This document shows, piece by piece, positions 35,263 to 45,756 of a stretch of 64,000 nt of DNA; position 1 is the first letter of the stretch; every line of letters begins with the position of its first letter. The position numbers and the translations under genes were made by a program. This stretch comes from an uncultured Chloroflexia bacterium (GTDB lineage: Bacteria > Chloroflexota > Limnocylindria > Limnocylindrales > CSP1-4): assembly GCA_963712745.1 (NCBI GenBank), contig CAVQJC010000004.1:96001-160000 (forward strand), written 5' to 3'. The notes under the pieces were generated by a model. It was not told where the DNA came from, did no database searches, and was given only the letters and a program-made list of their open reading frames with translations.

Positions 35263-35511
35263 ATGCCGCGTGTCGCATCCGACTGGATCAGCCTTACCGA
35301 GGCGGCCAGGATCTTCGCCGACGCCAACGTGCCCGTCAGCCGCTCGACGCTGGCGCGCTGGGCGCATTCGGGCAAGCTTCAGTCGATCCAGCCCGGCCGC
35401 AACATCTACGTCCGCCGAGCCCAGGTTCGGGCGATGCTGCGGCCAAAGAGACGGCGTGGGGTCAAGGCGACCGATGTCCAGCCTGGCTTGTTCGAGGACC
35501 TCGAGGGTTGA
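35263..35511 (+). CDS. Small excisionase/MerR-like helix-turn-helix protein
   Basis: GGGGAGG RBS; WISLTEAARIF…VSRSTLARWAHSGKL…YVRRAQV. Confidence 0.75.
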   Translation: MPRVASDWISLTEAARIFADANVPVSRSTLARWAHSGKLQSIQPGRNIYVRRAQVRAMLRPKRRRGVKATDVQPGLFEDLEG

Positions 35512-36497
35512 CCGCCGGAGACGCTGAGCCTCCTCACCGGGCTGGGCCCCCACCGCGCCAGCCACCGGTACTGGGCTGGCGAGCGCGCTTGGAGGGACTA
35601 CAGCGGTCGGCCCTGCGCTCACCTCCGATGCGAACGCTCCTGGAGGTCATGCGTGCCTACGACCGCGGCGGGGGCGGCATGCTTGCGGGCGCGCTGGCCT
35701 ACTTCGCCTTCTTCACCATCGTCCCGTCCTTGCTCCTGTTCGTGGGCCTGCTCGGCGTCATCGTCGAGGATGAGGGTCTCCGCCAGGAGCTGATCCAGGG
35801 CCTGGTCAACCAGATCGACCCCATCCGCGACCTGGCCGAGGAGCTGTTGGGCGGCCTGGCCGGGAGCGGTCGCACCAGCACCATCGTCGGCGTCCTCGGC
35901 CTGCTCTGGGGTGCCAGCGGGTTCTACGGAGCCCTGCAGGGCGCCATGCAACGCATGTTTCCCGGCACTCGTTCGCGAGACTTCCTGCGCACCCGGCTGC
36001 GCGGCATCGTCACGGTGGTGGCCGTGCTCGGCGTCCTGCTCATCGCCGTGATCGTCATCTTCGCTCTGCCGTATGTGAACCAGTGGCTCGATACGCAATG
36101 CCGTGACCTCGTTGCGCTCGACCTCATCGTCATCGAACGGCTCTGCGCCGTCGATTTCGCGCAGGTCACCGGCGCCGTCGCCGTCGTCGGCGCCATGGGC
36201 GTCGCCTTCCTGCTGGTGCTGATGGTCTACGTGGTAGTGCCACCGGATGGACCCAGCTTCCGCCAGGCCTTCTGGCCGGCCGTCGTCATCGGCCTCATCA
36301 TCGGCCTCTTCACCGCACTGTTCGGCTGGATCGCGCCGTTGCTCGTTCGCCACTGGCTGGCCCTGGGCATCGTGGGCAGCGTGTTCATCGCGCTGATCTG
36401 GCTGAACCTGGTGTTCCAGGCACTCATCTACGGGGCCGCGTTCGCCCGCCTTCGTCGCGATCGCGACCGGGTCAGAAGGGGCGCACCGCGCCTCTAG
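35508..36497 (+). CDS. YihY/virulence factor BrkB family membrane protein
   Basis: AGALAYFAFF, GLLWGASG and GSVFIALIWLNL…IYGA; TTGA overlap with the upstream gene. Confidence 0.85.
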   Translation: MTAGDAEPPHRAGPPPRQPPVLGWRARLEGLQRSALRSPPMRTLLEVMRAYDRGGGGMLAGALAYFAFFTIVPSLLLFVGLLGVIVEDEGLRQELIQGLVNQIDPIRDLAEELLGGLAGSGRTSTIVGVLGLLWGASGFYGALQGAMQRMFPGTRSRDFLRTRLRGIVTVVAVLGVLLIAVIVIFALPYVNQWLDTQCRDLVALDLIVIERLCAVDFAQVTGAVAVVGAMGVAFLLVLMVYVVVPPDGPSFRQAFWPAVVIGLIIGLFTALFGWIAPLLVRHWLALGIVGSVFIALIWLNLVFQALIYGAAFARLRRDRDRVRRGAPRL

Positions 36498-36515
36498 TCG
36501 GCAGCACCCCGTGGC

Positions 36516-38525
36516 TCAGCCTTGCGGGGCACCACAGCGGCGGCAGAAGCGGGCCTTCGCCGAGAGCATCAAGCCGCAACTGGGACATGCGTGCGTGCCG
36601 GGCGCGGCCGGGAGCGGCGGCGTGGGCCGAGCCGGCTGGGCCGCTACTGGGGGAGCCACGTACGCTGGTGGGGCCACGGCAGGTGCTGGCGGCGGCACGG
36701 CGGGCGGCGGCGCCAGTGGAGGTGGCGGGACCCCGGGTGCACCCGGGGTGGGCGTCTCGGTCGGTAGCGCCGGGGTAGCGGTGAACGCAGCCGTCTCCGG
36801 TGCCGTGGGCGTAGGCAGCTGTTCCGGAGTGGGACGTGACTGGGTCGGCGCTTCGAAGGGTTGATTGAAGGGCCCTGGTCCGTAGGGTGTCGCCCAGATC
36901 TCGATGCTCGGCTGCGAAACGGGGGTCGGCGGATCGAGCGGCCGGAGCGGTGGGTGTGCCTCCGCTGGCGACGACGAAGGTGGATCCAGGCCGCCCACGG
37001 GGGGCGCCGGCTCTGGCTGCGGGGACGGCTCCGGCATTGCGGAGTCAAGCTCGGTGGCACGGACCCCTGCGTCAGCCGCGGACCCGTCGGCGGCCAGCGC
37101 GTTGGCAGCCAGCGCGGGTTCCGGTTCCAGGGCCGTCGGCTCTGGCTCTGATCCAGGGACGGCCGGTTCGGGGGCGGGCTCTGCGGTGAGATCCCGGTAT
37201 ACCTCATACGGGTCGGCGGCGGCAGGTTCCGGCACCGCCTCGACCACGGGTTCGGGTTCGGGCGTAGCCGCGACCTCGGGTTCGGGTTCGGCGGCGGCAG
37301 GTTCCGGCACCGCCTCGACCACGGGTTCGGGTTCGGGCGTAGCCGCGACCTCGGGTTCGGGTTCGGCGGCGGCAGGTTCCGGCACCGCCTCGACCACGGG
37401 TTCGGGTTCGGGCGTAGCCGCGACCTCGGGTTCGGGTTCGGCGGCGGCAGGTTCCGGCACCGCCTCGACCACGGGTTCGGGTTCGGGCGTAGCCGCGACC
37501 TCGGGTTCGGGTTCGGCGGCGGCAGGTTCCGGCACCGCCTCGACCACGGGTTCGGGTTCGGGCGTAGCCGCGACCTCGGGTTCGGGTTCGGCGGCGGCAG
37601 GTTCCGGCACCGCCTCGACCACGGGTTCGGGTTCGGGCGTAGCCGCGACCTCGGGTTCGGGTTCGGCGGCGGCAGGTTCCGGCACCGCCTCGACCACGGG
37701 TTCGGGTTCGGACGTAGCCGCGACCTCGGGTTCCGTCGGCGCCTTCGCCGTCGTGGACTCGGCTCCCTCGACCTGTTCGCCAGCCGCGGGCCAGGCCCCC
37801 GGTGCGGCCTCGACGGAGCGCTGCTGCGGCGGACGGTCGACGACGGGCCATGCTTCCGCTTCCGGTGGCACTCCACGGTCGGAGCCGAAGTCGATGGTGG
37901 GGGAGGGCGTCTGAGGCAGTGCGGGTCCCAGCGAGGCAGGAGGTGCGTTCGTGGCACCACCTTCAGCCCCCTCGTCGCTGGAGAAGACGACACCTCGCCA
38001 GGGATCGAGTTCGCCGTCGGCATCGGCAGAGGGAGGCGTGAAGACCAGGGGCGTATCCGGCCCGGGCGCCGGCTCCTCGGCCCGGGGACGGCCCCACTCG
38101 TCGAGCTGCGATGCGCCCTTGCCGCGCGAATGGCTGTAGTCGCCTCCAAAGAGCGGCTGCTCGCTGGTCGACCTGGCGCTGGGCGCGAACGGCCTCACCT
38201 TCGCTGGTGCTTGCGACGCCGGTTCTTCCGCAGCCTGCGGGGGTCGGCAACTGAGGCAGTATCCGGCTTCCGGATTCCAGCATCTGTTGCAGGCGTATTG
38301 CCGGCAATCCAGGCAGAAATGGAAGGTGCCTTCGAACTGTTCGCTCGAAGGGGAGGCGGTCGCCGGTCGCGACGGACCCTCTTGCTTGGGCGTCTCGGGC
38401 GCACGCCGGCCGAACCGACCCAGCACGCCGCGACTCGTTTCGGCAGCTGGTTCTGGTTCCGGTGCGGTGAACGTGTAGCGCGTCCCGCATCGCTCGCAGA
38501 AGGACTGGAGGACGTTGTCGGTCAT
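36516..38525 (-). CDS. Pro/Glu/Ala-rich repeat protein with N- and C-terminal zinc-binding domains
   Basis: N-terminal CERC…CLDC..CNRC…CLSC; C-terminal CPSC…CRRC; central 25-aa repeats. Confidence 0.8.
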   Translation of the reverse strand: MTDNVLQSFCERCGTRYTFTAPEPEPAAETSRGVLGRFGRRAPETPKQEGPSRPATASPSSEQFEGTFHFCLDCRQYACNRCWNPEAGYCLSCRPPQAAEEPASQAPAKVRPFAPSARSTSEQPLFGGDYSHSRGKGASQLDEWGRPRAEEPAPGPDTPLVFTPPSADADGELDPWRGVVFSSDEGAEGGATNAPPASLGPALPQTPSPTIDFGSDRGVPPEAEAWPVVDRPPQQRSVEAAPGAWPAAGEQVEGAESTTAKAPTEPEVAATSEPEPVVEAVPEPAAAEPEPEVAATPEPEPVVEAVPEPAAAEPEPEVAATPEPEPVVEAVPEPAAAEPEPEVAATPEPEPVVEAVPEPAAAEPEPEVAATPEPEPVVEAVPEPAAAEPEPEVAATPEPEPVVEAVPEPAAAEPEPEVAATPEPEPVVEAVPEPAAADPYEVYRDLTAEPAPEPAVPGSEPEPTALEPEPALAANALAADGSAADAGVRATELDSAMPEPSPQPEPAPPVGGLDPPSSSPAEAHPPLRPLDPPTPVSQPSIEIWATPYGPGPFNQPFEAPTQSRPTPEQLPTPTAPETAAFTATPALPTETPTPGAPGVPPPPLAPPPAVPPPAPAVAPPAYVAPPVAAQPARPTPPLPAAPGTHACPSCGLMLSAKARFCRRCGAPQG
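37213..37733. repeat. 75-bp tandem repeat, about 7 near-identical copies ([25 protein letters not shown])
   Basis: gttccggcaccgcctcgacc recurs at 37226, 37301, 37376, 37451, 37526, 37601 and 37676. Confidence 0.97.
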
Positions 38526-38757
38526 GGCGCGGCGGCGCTTCTCCCTCGGGCAGGCTCGGAGTCGGATGAGGGTGGATGTGGGTGCAGAGTATCGGCAAGT
38601 AGCGGTTGCAGGCTACCAGCACGGGGGTACCGACGCCAACGTGCACCTATGGTCCCGGGGGCCACCCTGTTTGCCCAAAGCCGGGCGTGGGCTACCATTC
38701 GCGGACCACAGCGTCCCGCATCGTCCGGACCCAGCCCAACACGAGGACCTGCAGCCA

Positions 38758-39732
38758 GTGGCCAAGATCCAGGAATCTGGGGAACGCGTCGCCGCCAACG
38801 TCGAACGTGTCATCGTGGGCAAACACCGCGAGGTCAGGCTTGCACTCGCGGCTCTGCTCTGCCAGGGACACCTGCTCATCGAGGACGTCCCCGGCACCGG
38901 CAAGACCATGCTGGCCCGCGCGCTGGCCCGCAGTCTGGACTGCACGTTCAAACGCATCCAGTTCACACCGGACCTGCTGCCGACCGATGTCACCGGGCTC
39001 TCGATCTACAACCAGAAGAACCAGGAGTTCGAGTTCCGGCCGGGCCCGGTGGTGAGCCAGATCGTGCTCGCGGATGAGATCAACCGCGCTACGCCCAAGA
39101 CGCAGTCGGCTCTCCTTGAGGCCATGGAAGAGAGGCATATGACGGTCGACGGGGTGACGCGCCCCCTGCCCGAGCCGTTCATGGTCATCGCCACGCAGAA
39201 CCCCATCGAGTACGAGGGCACGTTCCCGCTGCCCGAGGCGCAGCTCGACCGCTTCCTGCTGCGATTGCGCATGGGCTATCCCGAGCCGATGGACGAGATG
39301 CTCATCCTCGACGAGCAGAAGCGTGCCCACCCTGTCGACAGCCTCACGCCCGTGGCCGATGGGCCGGCCGTGCTAGAGATGCAGCGCGCTGTGCGAGAGG
39401 TGTATGTCGATCCGGCCATCTCGGACTACATCGTCCGGCTGGTGAGCGCCACGCGCTCGCACCCCGACGCCTATCTCGGCGCCTCGCCGCGGGGGTCGCT
39501 GGCGCTGTACCGGGCCAGCCAGGCCCTCGCTGCCCTGACCGGCCGCGACTACGTCATCCCCGATGACGTCAAGGCGCTGGCGGAGGCGGCGCTGGCACAC
39601 CGCATCATCCTCAAGACCGCGGCCTCGATCCGCGGGGTGGAGCCGCGCAACATCGTGAGTGAGATGCTGATGTCGGTTCCGATCCAGGCTCCGCGGCCGA
39701 GTGCGGAGGCACGCGGGATGCGCCAGGCGTAG
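38758..39732 (+). CDS. moxR: MoxR-family AAA+ ATPase
   Basis: [39 protein letters not shown] and [21 protein letters not shown]. Confidence 0.95.
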   Translation: MAKIQESGERVAANVERVIVGKHREVRLALAALLCQGHLLIEDVPGTGKTMLARALARSLDCTFKRIQFTPDLLPTDVTGLSIYNQKNQEFEFRPGPVVSQIVLADEINRATPKTQSALLEAMEERHMTVDGVTRPLPEPFMVIATQNPIEYEGTFPLPEAQLDRFLLRLRMGYPEPMDEMLILDEQKRAHPVDSLTPVADGPAVLEMQRAVREVYVDPAISDYIVRLVSATRSHPDAYLGASPRGSLALYRASQALAALTGRDYVIPDDVKALAEAALAHRIILKTAASIRGVEPRNIVSEMLMSVPIQAPRPSAEARGMRQA

Positions 39733-39758
39733 GCGCGCCGGAGCGCAACGAGGCGGCC

Positions 39759-41030
39759 ATGCTGCGCAACCTGGGGTTCCTCGTCACCGTCGGGCTCGTC
39801 GTCACGGCCGCGGCCATCACCGGTTCCACGGAGGTCTACTTCTTCCTCTATCTGGGCTTGGTCGTGGTCGGCCTGGCCTACCTGCTGGCGCGACGCGGGC
39901 TGACCAACCTCGAAGCCGGCTCGTGGCTCGATCGCCAGCACGCCACGGTTGGCGACACGCTCACGGTCACCTATACCTTGCGCTCTTCAGCCCGCCTGCC
40001 CAAGCCGTGGCTGGAGACCCACAGTCCGTCCACGTTGCCCGTTGCCATCCCCGGCCGCGTCATCTCGCTGCGTCCGCGCACCTCCCGCACCTGGGCCTCA
40101 CGCGTGCACTTGACGCACCGTGGCCAGTACCGGGTCGATCCCATGGTGGTGCGCACGGGCGACCCCTTCGGCCTGTTCGAGTCTGTCGCTTCGGTCGGCC
40201 CCGGGTCGGCGCTGCTGGTGTACCCGCAGGTGCAGCCCCTGCCGGCCTGGACACTGCCGCCTTCCGCCATCGAGGGCGCCTCGGCACGCGCCGTGCACGG
40301 CCCACACCTCACGCCCCTGGTCACGACGGTTCGTCCCTACACGCCCGGCGACGCCTTCAACCGCATCCACTGGCGCTCGAGTGCCCGCCACCAGGAGCTG
40401 CAGGTCAAGGAGTTCGACATCGAGCCCTCGGCCGACCTGTGGGTCTTCCTTGACCTCGATCGCAGCGTGCACACGGGTGTCGGAGCCACATCCACCATCG
40501 AGACCGTCGTGGCTACGGCCGCTGCGCTGGCCTCGCATGCCCTGACCGATGACCGGGGCCTGGGCCTGGAAGCCATCGGCTTGCGGCGTGCCGTCATCGC
40601 GACCGACCGCGGAGCGCGTCAACAGCACAAGGTGATGAGTCTGCTGGCCGTGGCCCAGGCGGAAGGAGCGACACCGCTTGCTGAGGTCATCGTGGAGGGT
40701 TCGAGCCGCATGCGCCGGGGCACGGTGGCGCTTGCCATCACGCCTTCGCTCGATCGCTCGTGGGTCGCGCCGCTGGCCTCCATGCGTGGCGTCGGAGTGG
40801 CCCCCATCGTCTGCCTCGTCGATCCGCTGGCCCACGAGGCCGCCAGTCAGGCGGCCGCCGGCCAGCCCCCCGCGGAGCCCTCAGAACGCGAGCCACGCGA
40901 GCAGCAACTCCGGGCGCTCCTGCACCTGCTGGGTGAGCACGATGTGCGCGCCTACCTGATCAAGCCGGACATCGCACTGGGGGAGCAGCTGGTCACCACC
41001 CGCGAAGGTCTCCGGGCGGGCGTGTCATGA
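39759..41030 (+). CDS. DUF58 domain protein
   Basis: DPFGLF, VRPY.PGD…IHW..SAR….VKEF; located between moxR and a transglutaminase gene. Confidence 0.9.
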   Translation: MLRNLGFLVTVGLVVTAAAITGSTEVYFFLYLGLVVVGLAYLLARRGLTNLEAGSWLDRQHATVGDTLTVTYTLRSSARLPKPWLETHSPSTLPVAIPGRVISLRPRTSRTWASRVHLTHRGQYRVDPMVVRTGDPFGLFESVASVGPGSALLVYPQVQPLPAWTLPPSAIEGASARAVHGPHLTPLVTTVRPYTPGDAFNRIHWRSSARHQELQVKEFDIEPSADLWVFLDLDRSVHTGVGATSTIETVVATAAALASHALTDDRGLGLEAIGLRRAVIATDRGARQQHKVMSLLAVAQAEGATPLAEVIVEGSSRMRRGTVALAITPSLDRSWVAPLASMRGVGVAPIVCLVDPLAHEAASQAAAGQPPAEPSEREPREQQLRALLHLLGEHDVRAYLIKPDIALGEQLVTTREGLRAGVS

Positions 41031-43414
41031 GCACGGGCCGCCGGCGTTGGCCGCGCCTCCTGGGGGCTCCTGAGCAGGGCTGGTCGAGCCTGCTGCTGAT
41101 GCTGGGCCTGCTCCTGCTGCTGGGACTCTCGATCGCGGATGGACGGCCGCTGGTGCTCGTGCCCGGCCAAACCCCGCCGACCGACGCATTGCCCGTGCTC
41201 ATGCTGGCGGGCGGGCTGATCGGCTACCTGCTGGCACGCAGCTCGCTGGGGGTGGTGCGCGCACATGTCCTGGGCGCGACGGCAGCGGCCATGCTGCTGC
41301 TGCTCGTGGCCGGAGGGTCGCTGCTCGGTGAGGCCGCCACCCCGCTGGCAAGCTGGGCTGCGGTGACCGAGCGCATCGAAGCCGTCTGGGGCCGGCTCGA
41401 CTCCGACGTCGCGGCCATCGTCGACTACCTCGCCGAGGACGAGCCAGGCGGCGGTCTGGCGCCGACGGTGGCCACGTTCCTCGTCTTCGGAGCGGTCTGC
41501 TGGACCACGGCGCAGTTCAGCGCCTTCAGCGTATTCCGCTACGACCGTGGTGGCCCCGCGGTCATGGCCATCGGAACGGTGCTCTTCCTCAACGTGGGCC
41601 TCGAGTCCCTCGTCGCCGACGCCGAACGACTGCCGGTCGTCCCCGTGCTGGCCATCTTCGCGGCGCTGGCCATGCTGCTGCTCATGCGCCTGCAGTTGAT
41701 GCAGCAGCGACTGCAGTGGGCCCGACGCCATATCTCCGACACGGGCGAGGTCAGCCGCCTCTTCCTGCGCACCGGCCTCGTCTTCGTGCTGCTGACCGTG
41801 CTAGGTGCAAGCTCGCTGACGACGTGGGCCACGGTCGACGCACAGGAGCTCGACGTCGGCGGCCTCGAGGATGCGCTTGACGACTTGGGGGAGGAGTTGG
41901 CGCGATGGTTGCCGGTGGTAGCCGGACCCGCGCCGCGTGAAGCCCGTACGACAAGAGACGATGACTGGACGGTCGAGGAACGATGGGACGAGGATCGCGC
42001 CACCGGCACCGCCTTCGAGGCCCGCCTGGAGGGTCAGTTGCGCGGCAACTACTGGTGGGGCTGGGCGGACGACCAGTTCGACGGCTTCCGCTGGTCGACC
42101 TCGCAGAAGAGCGGGCTGGACCTGCTGCCGAGCGAGCCACTACCGGTCGCGCCTGAGGCCAGCTCCGGCGGGCGCGACCCCGTACGTGCCACGATCACGC
42201 TCGGCGACACGGGTTACGTCGGCGGGATGGTCTTCCGCCCCGCGGAGGCGCGCGTCATCGACAGGGCCGTGACGGCGTACCGCATCGACGACGGCGGGGG
42301 CATCGGCGATGTGACATACAGCCAGCCGCTGCGGTCCGGAGACGAAGTGGTCGTCGACTCGTTGGTGCGCGACTACGGCAGCGGCGGCACCAGCCCGACG
42401 GCCAACGAGCTGCGAGCGGCCGGCGACTTCTACCCGCTGTGGACCGATCGCTACCTGCAGGGCGCCGGCGACGCAAGCATCAACGGGGATCGGGTTCGCG
42501 CCGAAGCCGCGCGCATCGCCGCTCGCAAGGACAACGCCTACGACGCGGCGGTCCTGCTTCAGGACCGGCTGCGAAGCTGGGAATATGAGACCGAGATGGG
42601 CTCGATCTGCGCTTCCTACCAGTCGATCCCCGAGTGCGTGCTCGATGTCAAGCAGGGGTTCTGCCAGCACTACGCGACCACCATGACGATGGTCTTGCGG
42701 GAGCTGGGGATCCCGGCACGCGTGGTCACCGGCTACCTGCCCGGTGAGCGAGCGAACGGCGTGGTCACCGTGCCCCAGCGGGCATTCCACAACTGGGTCG
42801 AAGCCTACTTCCCCGGTTACGGCTGGATCCGGTTCGACCCCACTCCCGGCGAGCGTGGGCTGGGCCAGGAGCGGACGGGCTTCGAGGACGGGCCGGAGAT
42901 CGGTCCGGGCGAGACGCTGCCACCGGATGTCGACTTCTCGCCCGAGCCCGATGGATCGTTCGAGCCGGACCCGACCGCATCCCCTATCCCGGGGGCGGGA
43001 CCGACTGGAGGCTCGGGTGATCTCGACACCGGCATCCTCGTCATCAGCATCTCCGGCCTGGTCGCGCTCGCGCTCGCGCTCGCGAGTGTCCTGTTGCTGT
43101 TCCGACTGCGGCGGATGCCGGGCGCGGACGGCGGGCTTGCCTACAGCGGCATCGTCAGCCTGGCCACGCGCCTGGGCTACGGGCCGCATCCCTCGCAGAC
43201 CGAGTACGAGTACGCGGAAGCGTTGTCGGAGGCCATCCCTTCGGTGCGCGACGACCTTCACCTGGTGGCCGACGCGCGAGTCGAGACCCGCTATGGGCGG
43301 CGCCATCTCGACCCGCAGCACATTGGCGCCCTGAGGCGCGCGTACGCCCGCATCCGAACGGCACTGTTGCGCCTCTCACTGCGGCTCACCCGCCGGCCGG
43401 AGCAGCGGGACTGA
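41027..43414 (+). CDS. Membrane transglutaminase-like protein (TgpA type)
   Basis: N-terminal TM region; GFCQHYA, GIPARVVTGY and H.WVEAYFPGYGWIRFDPT triad; C-terminal DUF4129-like region. Confidence 0.9.
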   Translation: MSTGRRRWPRLLGAPEQGWSSLLLMLGLLLLLGLSIADGRPLVLVPGQTPPTDALPVLMLAGGLIGYLLARSSLGVVRAHVLGATAAAMLLLLVAGGSLLGEAATPLASWAAVTERIEAVWGRLDSDVAAIVDYLAEDEPGGGLAPTVATFLVFGAVCWTTAQFSAFSVFRYDRGGPAVMAIGTVLFLNVGLESLVADAERLPVVPVLAIFAALAMLLLMRLQLMQQRLQWARRHISDTGEVSRLFLRTGLVFVLLTVLGASSLTTWATVDAQELDVGGLEDALDDLGEELARWLPVVAGPAPREARTTRDDDWTVEERWDEDRATGTAFEARLEGQLRGNYWWGWADDQFDGFRWSTSQKSGLDLLPSEPLPVAPEASSGGRDPVRATITLGDTGYVGGMVFRPAEARVIDRAVTAYRIDDGGGIGDVTYSQPLRSGDEVVVDSLVRDYGSGGTSPTANELRAAGDFYPLWTDRYLQGAGDASINGDRVRAEAARIAARKDNAYDAAVLLQDRLRSWEYETEMGSICASYQSIPECVLDVKQGFCQHYATTMTMVLRELGIPARVVTGYLPGERANGVVTVPQRAFHNWVEAYFPGYGWIRFDPTPGERGLGQERTGFEDGPEIGPGETLPPDVDFSPEPDGSFEPDPTASPIPGAGPTGGSGDLDTGILVISISGLVALALALASVLLLFRLRRMPGADGGLAYSGIVSLATRLGYGPHPSQTEYEYAEALSEAIPSVRDDLHLVADARVETRYGRRHLDPQHIGALRRAYARIRTALLRLSLRLTRRPEQRD

Positions 43415-43430
43415 GGGCTGACGGGAACCG

Positions 43431-44186
43431 CTACACCGGCCGGGATAGCACCGCGATGTGCTCGTCCAGGTTATGAGCCCGCAGCTGCACGACACCGGCC
43501 GAAAGGTCGAGCACGCTGACCGAGGCCAGGGCCAGCGGGAACGACCAGAAGTGCTCGATGCCGATCCCGAGCAGATCGAGCATCAGCAGGCGCAGAACGC
43601 CGTCGTGGGCCACGACGATGACCCACTCCGGCTCATCACCGCCCGTAAACGTGCGCTCGTAGCCGAGGACGGGTTCGGCCGCAGCCTTGCCTGCACCCTC
43701 ATCGGCACTGGTCACGTCTCCCGCACCCAGGATCGTCTGGCGCGCCAGACGAGCCCGCAGCAGTGCGTCCTGCAGGGATTCGCCCCCGGGGGCGTGATTA
43801 TGCAGGGGGTCCGACCGCCAGGCCGCCAGCTCTGCCGGCCAGCGGGCGCGAACCGCATCGTGGCTCAGGCCTTCCCACTCGCCCTGGCCCAGCTCCATGA
43901 GCGAGTCAAGCGGGCGCAGCGGTGCATCGGCGGCCCGAGCGTCATGGATGGCCTCGGCGGTCTGGGCGGCCCGGAGCAGGGGAGAGTGCCAGATGGCCGC
44001 AGGCGCGCGGTCTGGCACCGGCACCGACGGCATCCGGGCTGGTACAGCGAGGCGCTCCGCGACCGCTGCAGCCTGTCGCTTGCCGGCGTCGGACAGCGGC
44101 GGATCCCCATGGCCCTGGAAGCGACCCTCGGCGATCCACTCCGACTCGCCGTGGCGGACGAGCGCGAGGATCGTCGGCCGGCTCAC
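43431..44186 (-). CDS. Histidine phosphatase family protein (candidate phosphoserine phosphatase)
   Basis: RHGESEW, SPLLRA.QTA, GEWEG, PGGES and VAHDG; coupled to serA. Confidence 0.85.
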   Translation of the reverse strand: MSRPTILALVRHGESEWIAEGRFQGHGDPPLSDAGKRQAAAVAERLAVPARMPSVPVPDRAPAAIWHSPLLRAAQTAEAIHDARAADAPLRPLDSLMELGQGEWEGLSHDAVRARWPAELAAWRSDPLHNHAPGGESLQDALLRARLARQTILGAGDVTSADEGAGKAAAEPVLGYERTFTGGDEPEWVIVVAHDGVLRLLMLDLLGIGIEHFWSFPLALASVSVLDLSAGVVQLRAHNLDEHIAVLSRPV

Positions 44187-45754
44187 GCCGGGAGATCGAG
44201 GCTGATGAGCCAGACGTCGAGCATGCCGTCGTATGAGCGGACCTTGTCGGCCACCGCCTCGGGTACCGCTTCGTCGAGCGCGAGGACCATGAAGGCGATG
44301 GAACGCTTGTCCGAGCGGCCCAGGTGCATGTTGCTGATGTTGATATCGGCCTCACCCATGGCCCCGCCGACGAGGCCGATGGCGCCGGGCCGGTCCTGGT
44401 GGCGCGAGACGAGCATGTTGGCAGCCGGCGCAAGGTCGACCTCATAGCCGTCGAGTGCCACCAGCCGGGATTCGCCGCCGAATGACACGGTGCCGGACAC
44501 CGAGCGATCACCCGAGAGCGTCAGCAACGATGAATAGCGCCCGGCATCGGGCGTCTTGTGGACGGAGAGGTTGATACCCCGGGCCTTGGCCAGGGCGGGC
44601 GCGTTGATGACGTTGACCCGTTCTTCGGTGTGCTGCTCGAGGATGCCGCCAAGGGCGGCCGCGACCAGCGGCGCCGTGTCGAACCCGGCCAGCTGGCCGG
44701 CGACCTCGAGCGTGAGGCCGGCGAGGTCCTGCGAGAACTGCGCGTAGAACTGGCCCAGCGTGCGCGCCAACGGCAGGTAGGGCGCTAGCGCATCGGCCGT
44801 CTCCGGCGTGAGCAGGGGGGCGTTGACGGCGTAGCGAGCGGACCGTCCGGCCAGGACCTCGCGCACCTGTTCGGCAGCCTCGACCGCCACGCGCGTCTGC
44901 GCCTCTGCGGTGGAGGCGCCGAGGTGCGGGGTGAGGATGATGTTGGGCGCGCTCAGCAGTGGATCGTCCCCGGCCGGGGGCTCGGACGAGTAGACGTCCA
45001 CCGCGGCACCGGCGATGGTGCCGGCCGCCAGCGCGGCCGCCAGCGCGGCCTCGTCGACTACGCCACCGCGGGCCACGTTGATGATGTAAGCCTCGGGCTT
45101 CATCGACGCCAGCTCGTCGGTGGAGATGAGGTTGGCCGTGTCCTTGGTCTTGGGGACGTGGACGGTGATCGCGTCGGCGACCTTGAGGATCTCAGCCACC
45201 GACAGGGACTCGATGCCGTGCAGCCCGGCGGCCTCTGGCGTGACGTAGGGGTCATGGCCCACCACGTGCATGCCCAGGGCGCGGGCGCGGTCGGCCACGG
45301 CCATGCCGATCTTGCCCAGGCCGATGACGCCGAGCGTCTTGTCCACGAGCTCACGGCCCACGAAGGCCGAACGGTTCCACTGGCCCGCGTGCATCGAGGC
45401 ATCGGCCGCGGGTATCCGCCGGGCCAGGGCGAAGAGCAGCGCGAGCGTGTGCTCGGCGGCGGCGGTGGTGTTGCCCGTGGGCGCGTTGACCACGGTGATA
45501 CCGGCCGCGGTCGCGGCGGGGATGTCGATGTTGTCGACACCGACCCCGGCGCGGCCGATGACGATGAGCCTGGAGCCGGCGGCGATGGCCTCCGCGTCGG
45601 CCTTGACGCCGCTGCGTACCAGCAAGGCGTCGTACTCGGGCAGGGCCGCGAGGAAGTCGGACCGCTCCAGCCCCACGCGCACGTCGACGTCGTGTTCGGC
45701 CTGGAGGAGGGCCACGCCTTCGGGCGCCAGTTTCTCTGCAACCAACACGCGCAT
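44183..45754 (-). CDS. serA: D-3-phosphoglycerate dehydrogenase (long form with ACT domain)
   Basis: RAGVGVDNID, GLGKIG, NVARGG, TPHLGASTAEAQ and C-terminal ACT (DRPGAIG). Confidence 0.95.
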   Translation of the reverse strand: MRVLVAEKLAPEGVALLQAEHDVDVRVGLERSDFLAALPEYDALLVRSGVKADAEAIAAGSRLIVIGRAGVGVDNIDIPAATAAGITVVNAPTGNTTAAAEHTLALLFALARRIPAADASMHAGQWNRSAFVGRELVDKTLGVIGLGKIGMAVADRARALGMHVVGHDPYVTPEAAGLHGIESLSVAEILKVADAITVHVPKTKDTANLISTDELASMKPEAYIINVARGGVVDEAALAAALAAGTIAGAAVDVYSSEPPAGDDPLLSAPNIILTPHLGASTAEAQTRVAVEAAEQVREVLAGRSARYAVNAPLLTPETADALAPYLPLARTLGQFYAQFSQDLAGLTLEVAGQLAGFDTAPLVAAALGGILEQHTEERVNVINAPALAKARGINLSVHKTPDAGRYSSLLTLSGDRSVSGTVSFGGESRLVALDGYEVDLAPAANMLVSRHQDRPGAIGLVGGAMGEADINISNMHLGRSDKRSIAFMVLALDEAVPEAVADKVRSYDGMLDVWLISLDLPA

Positions 45755-45756
45755 GG

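Noticed and set aside
37213-37733. CRISPR array
   Set aside because: The units are contiguous near-identical 75-mers with no unique spacers, in frame within a CDS; no cas genes are present.
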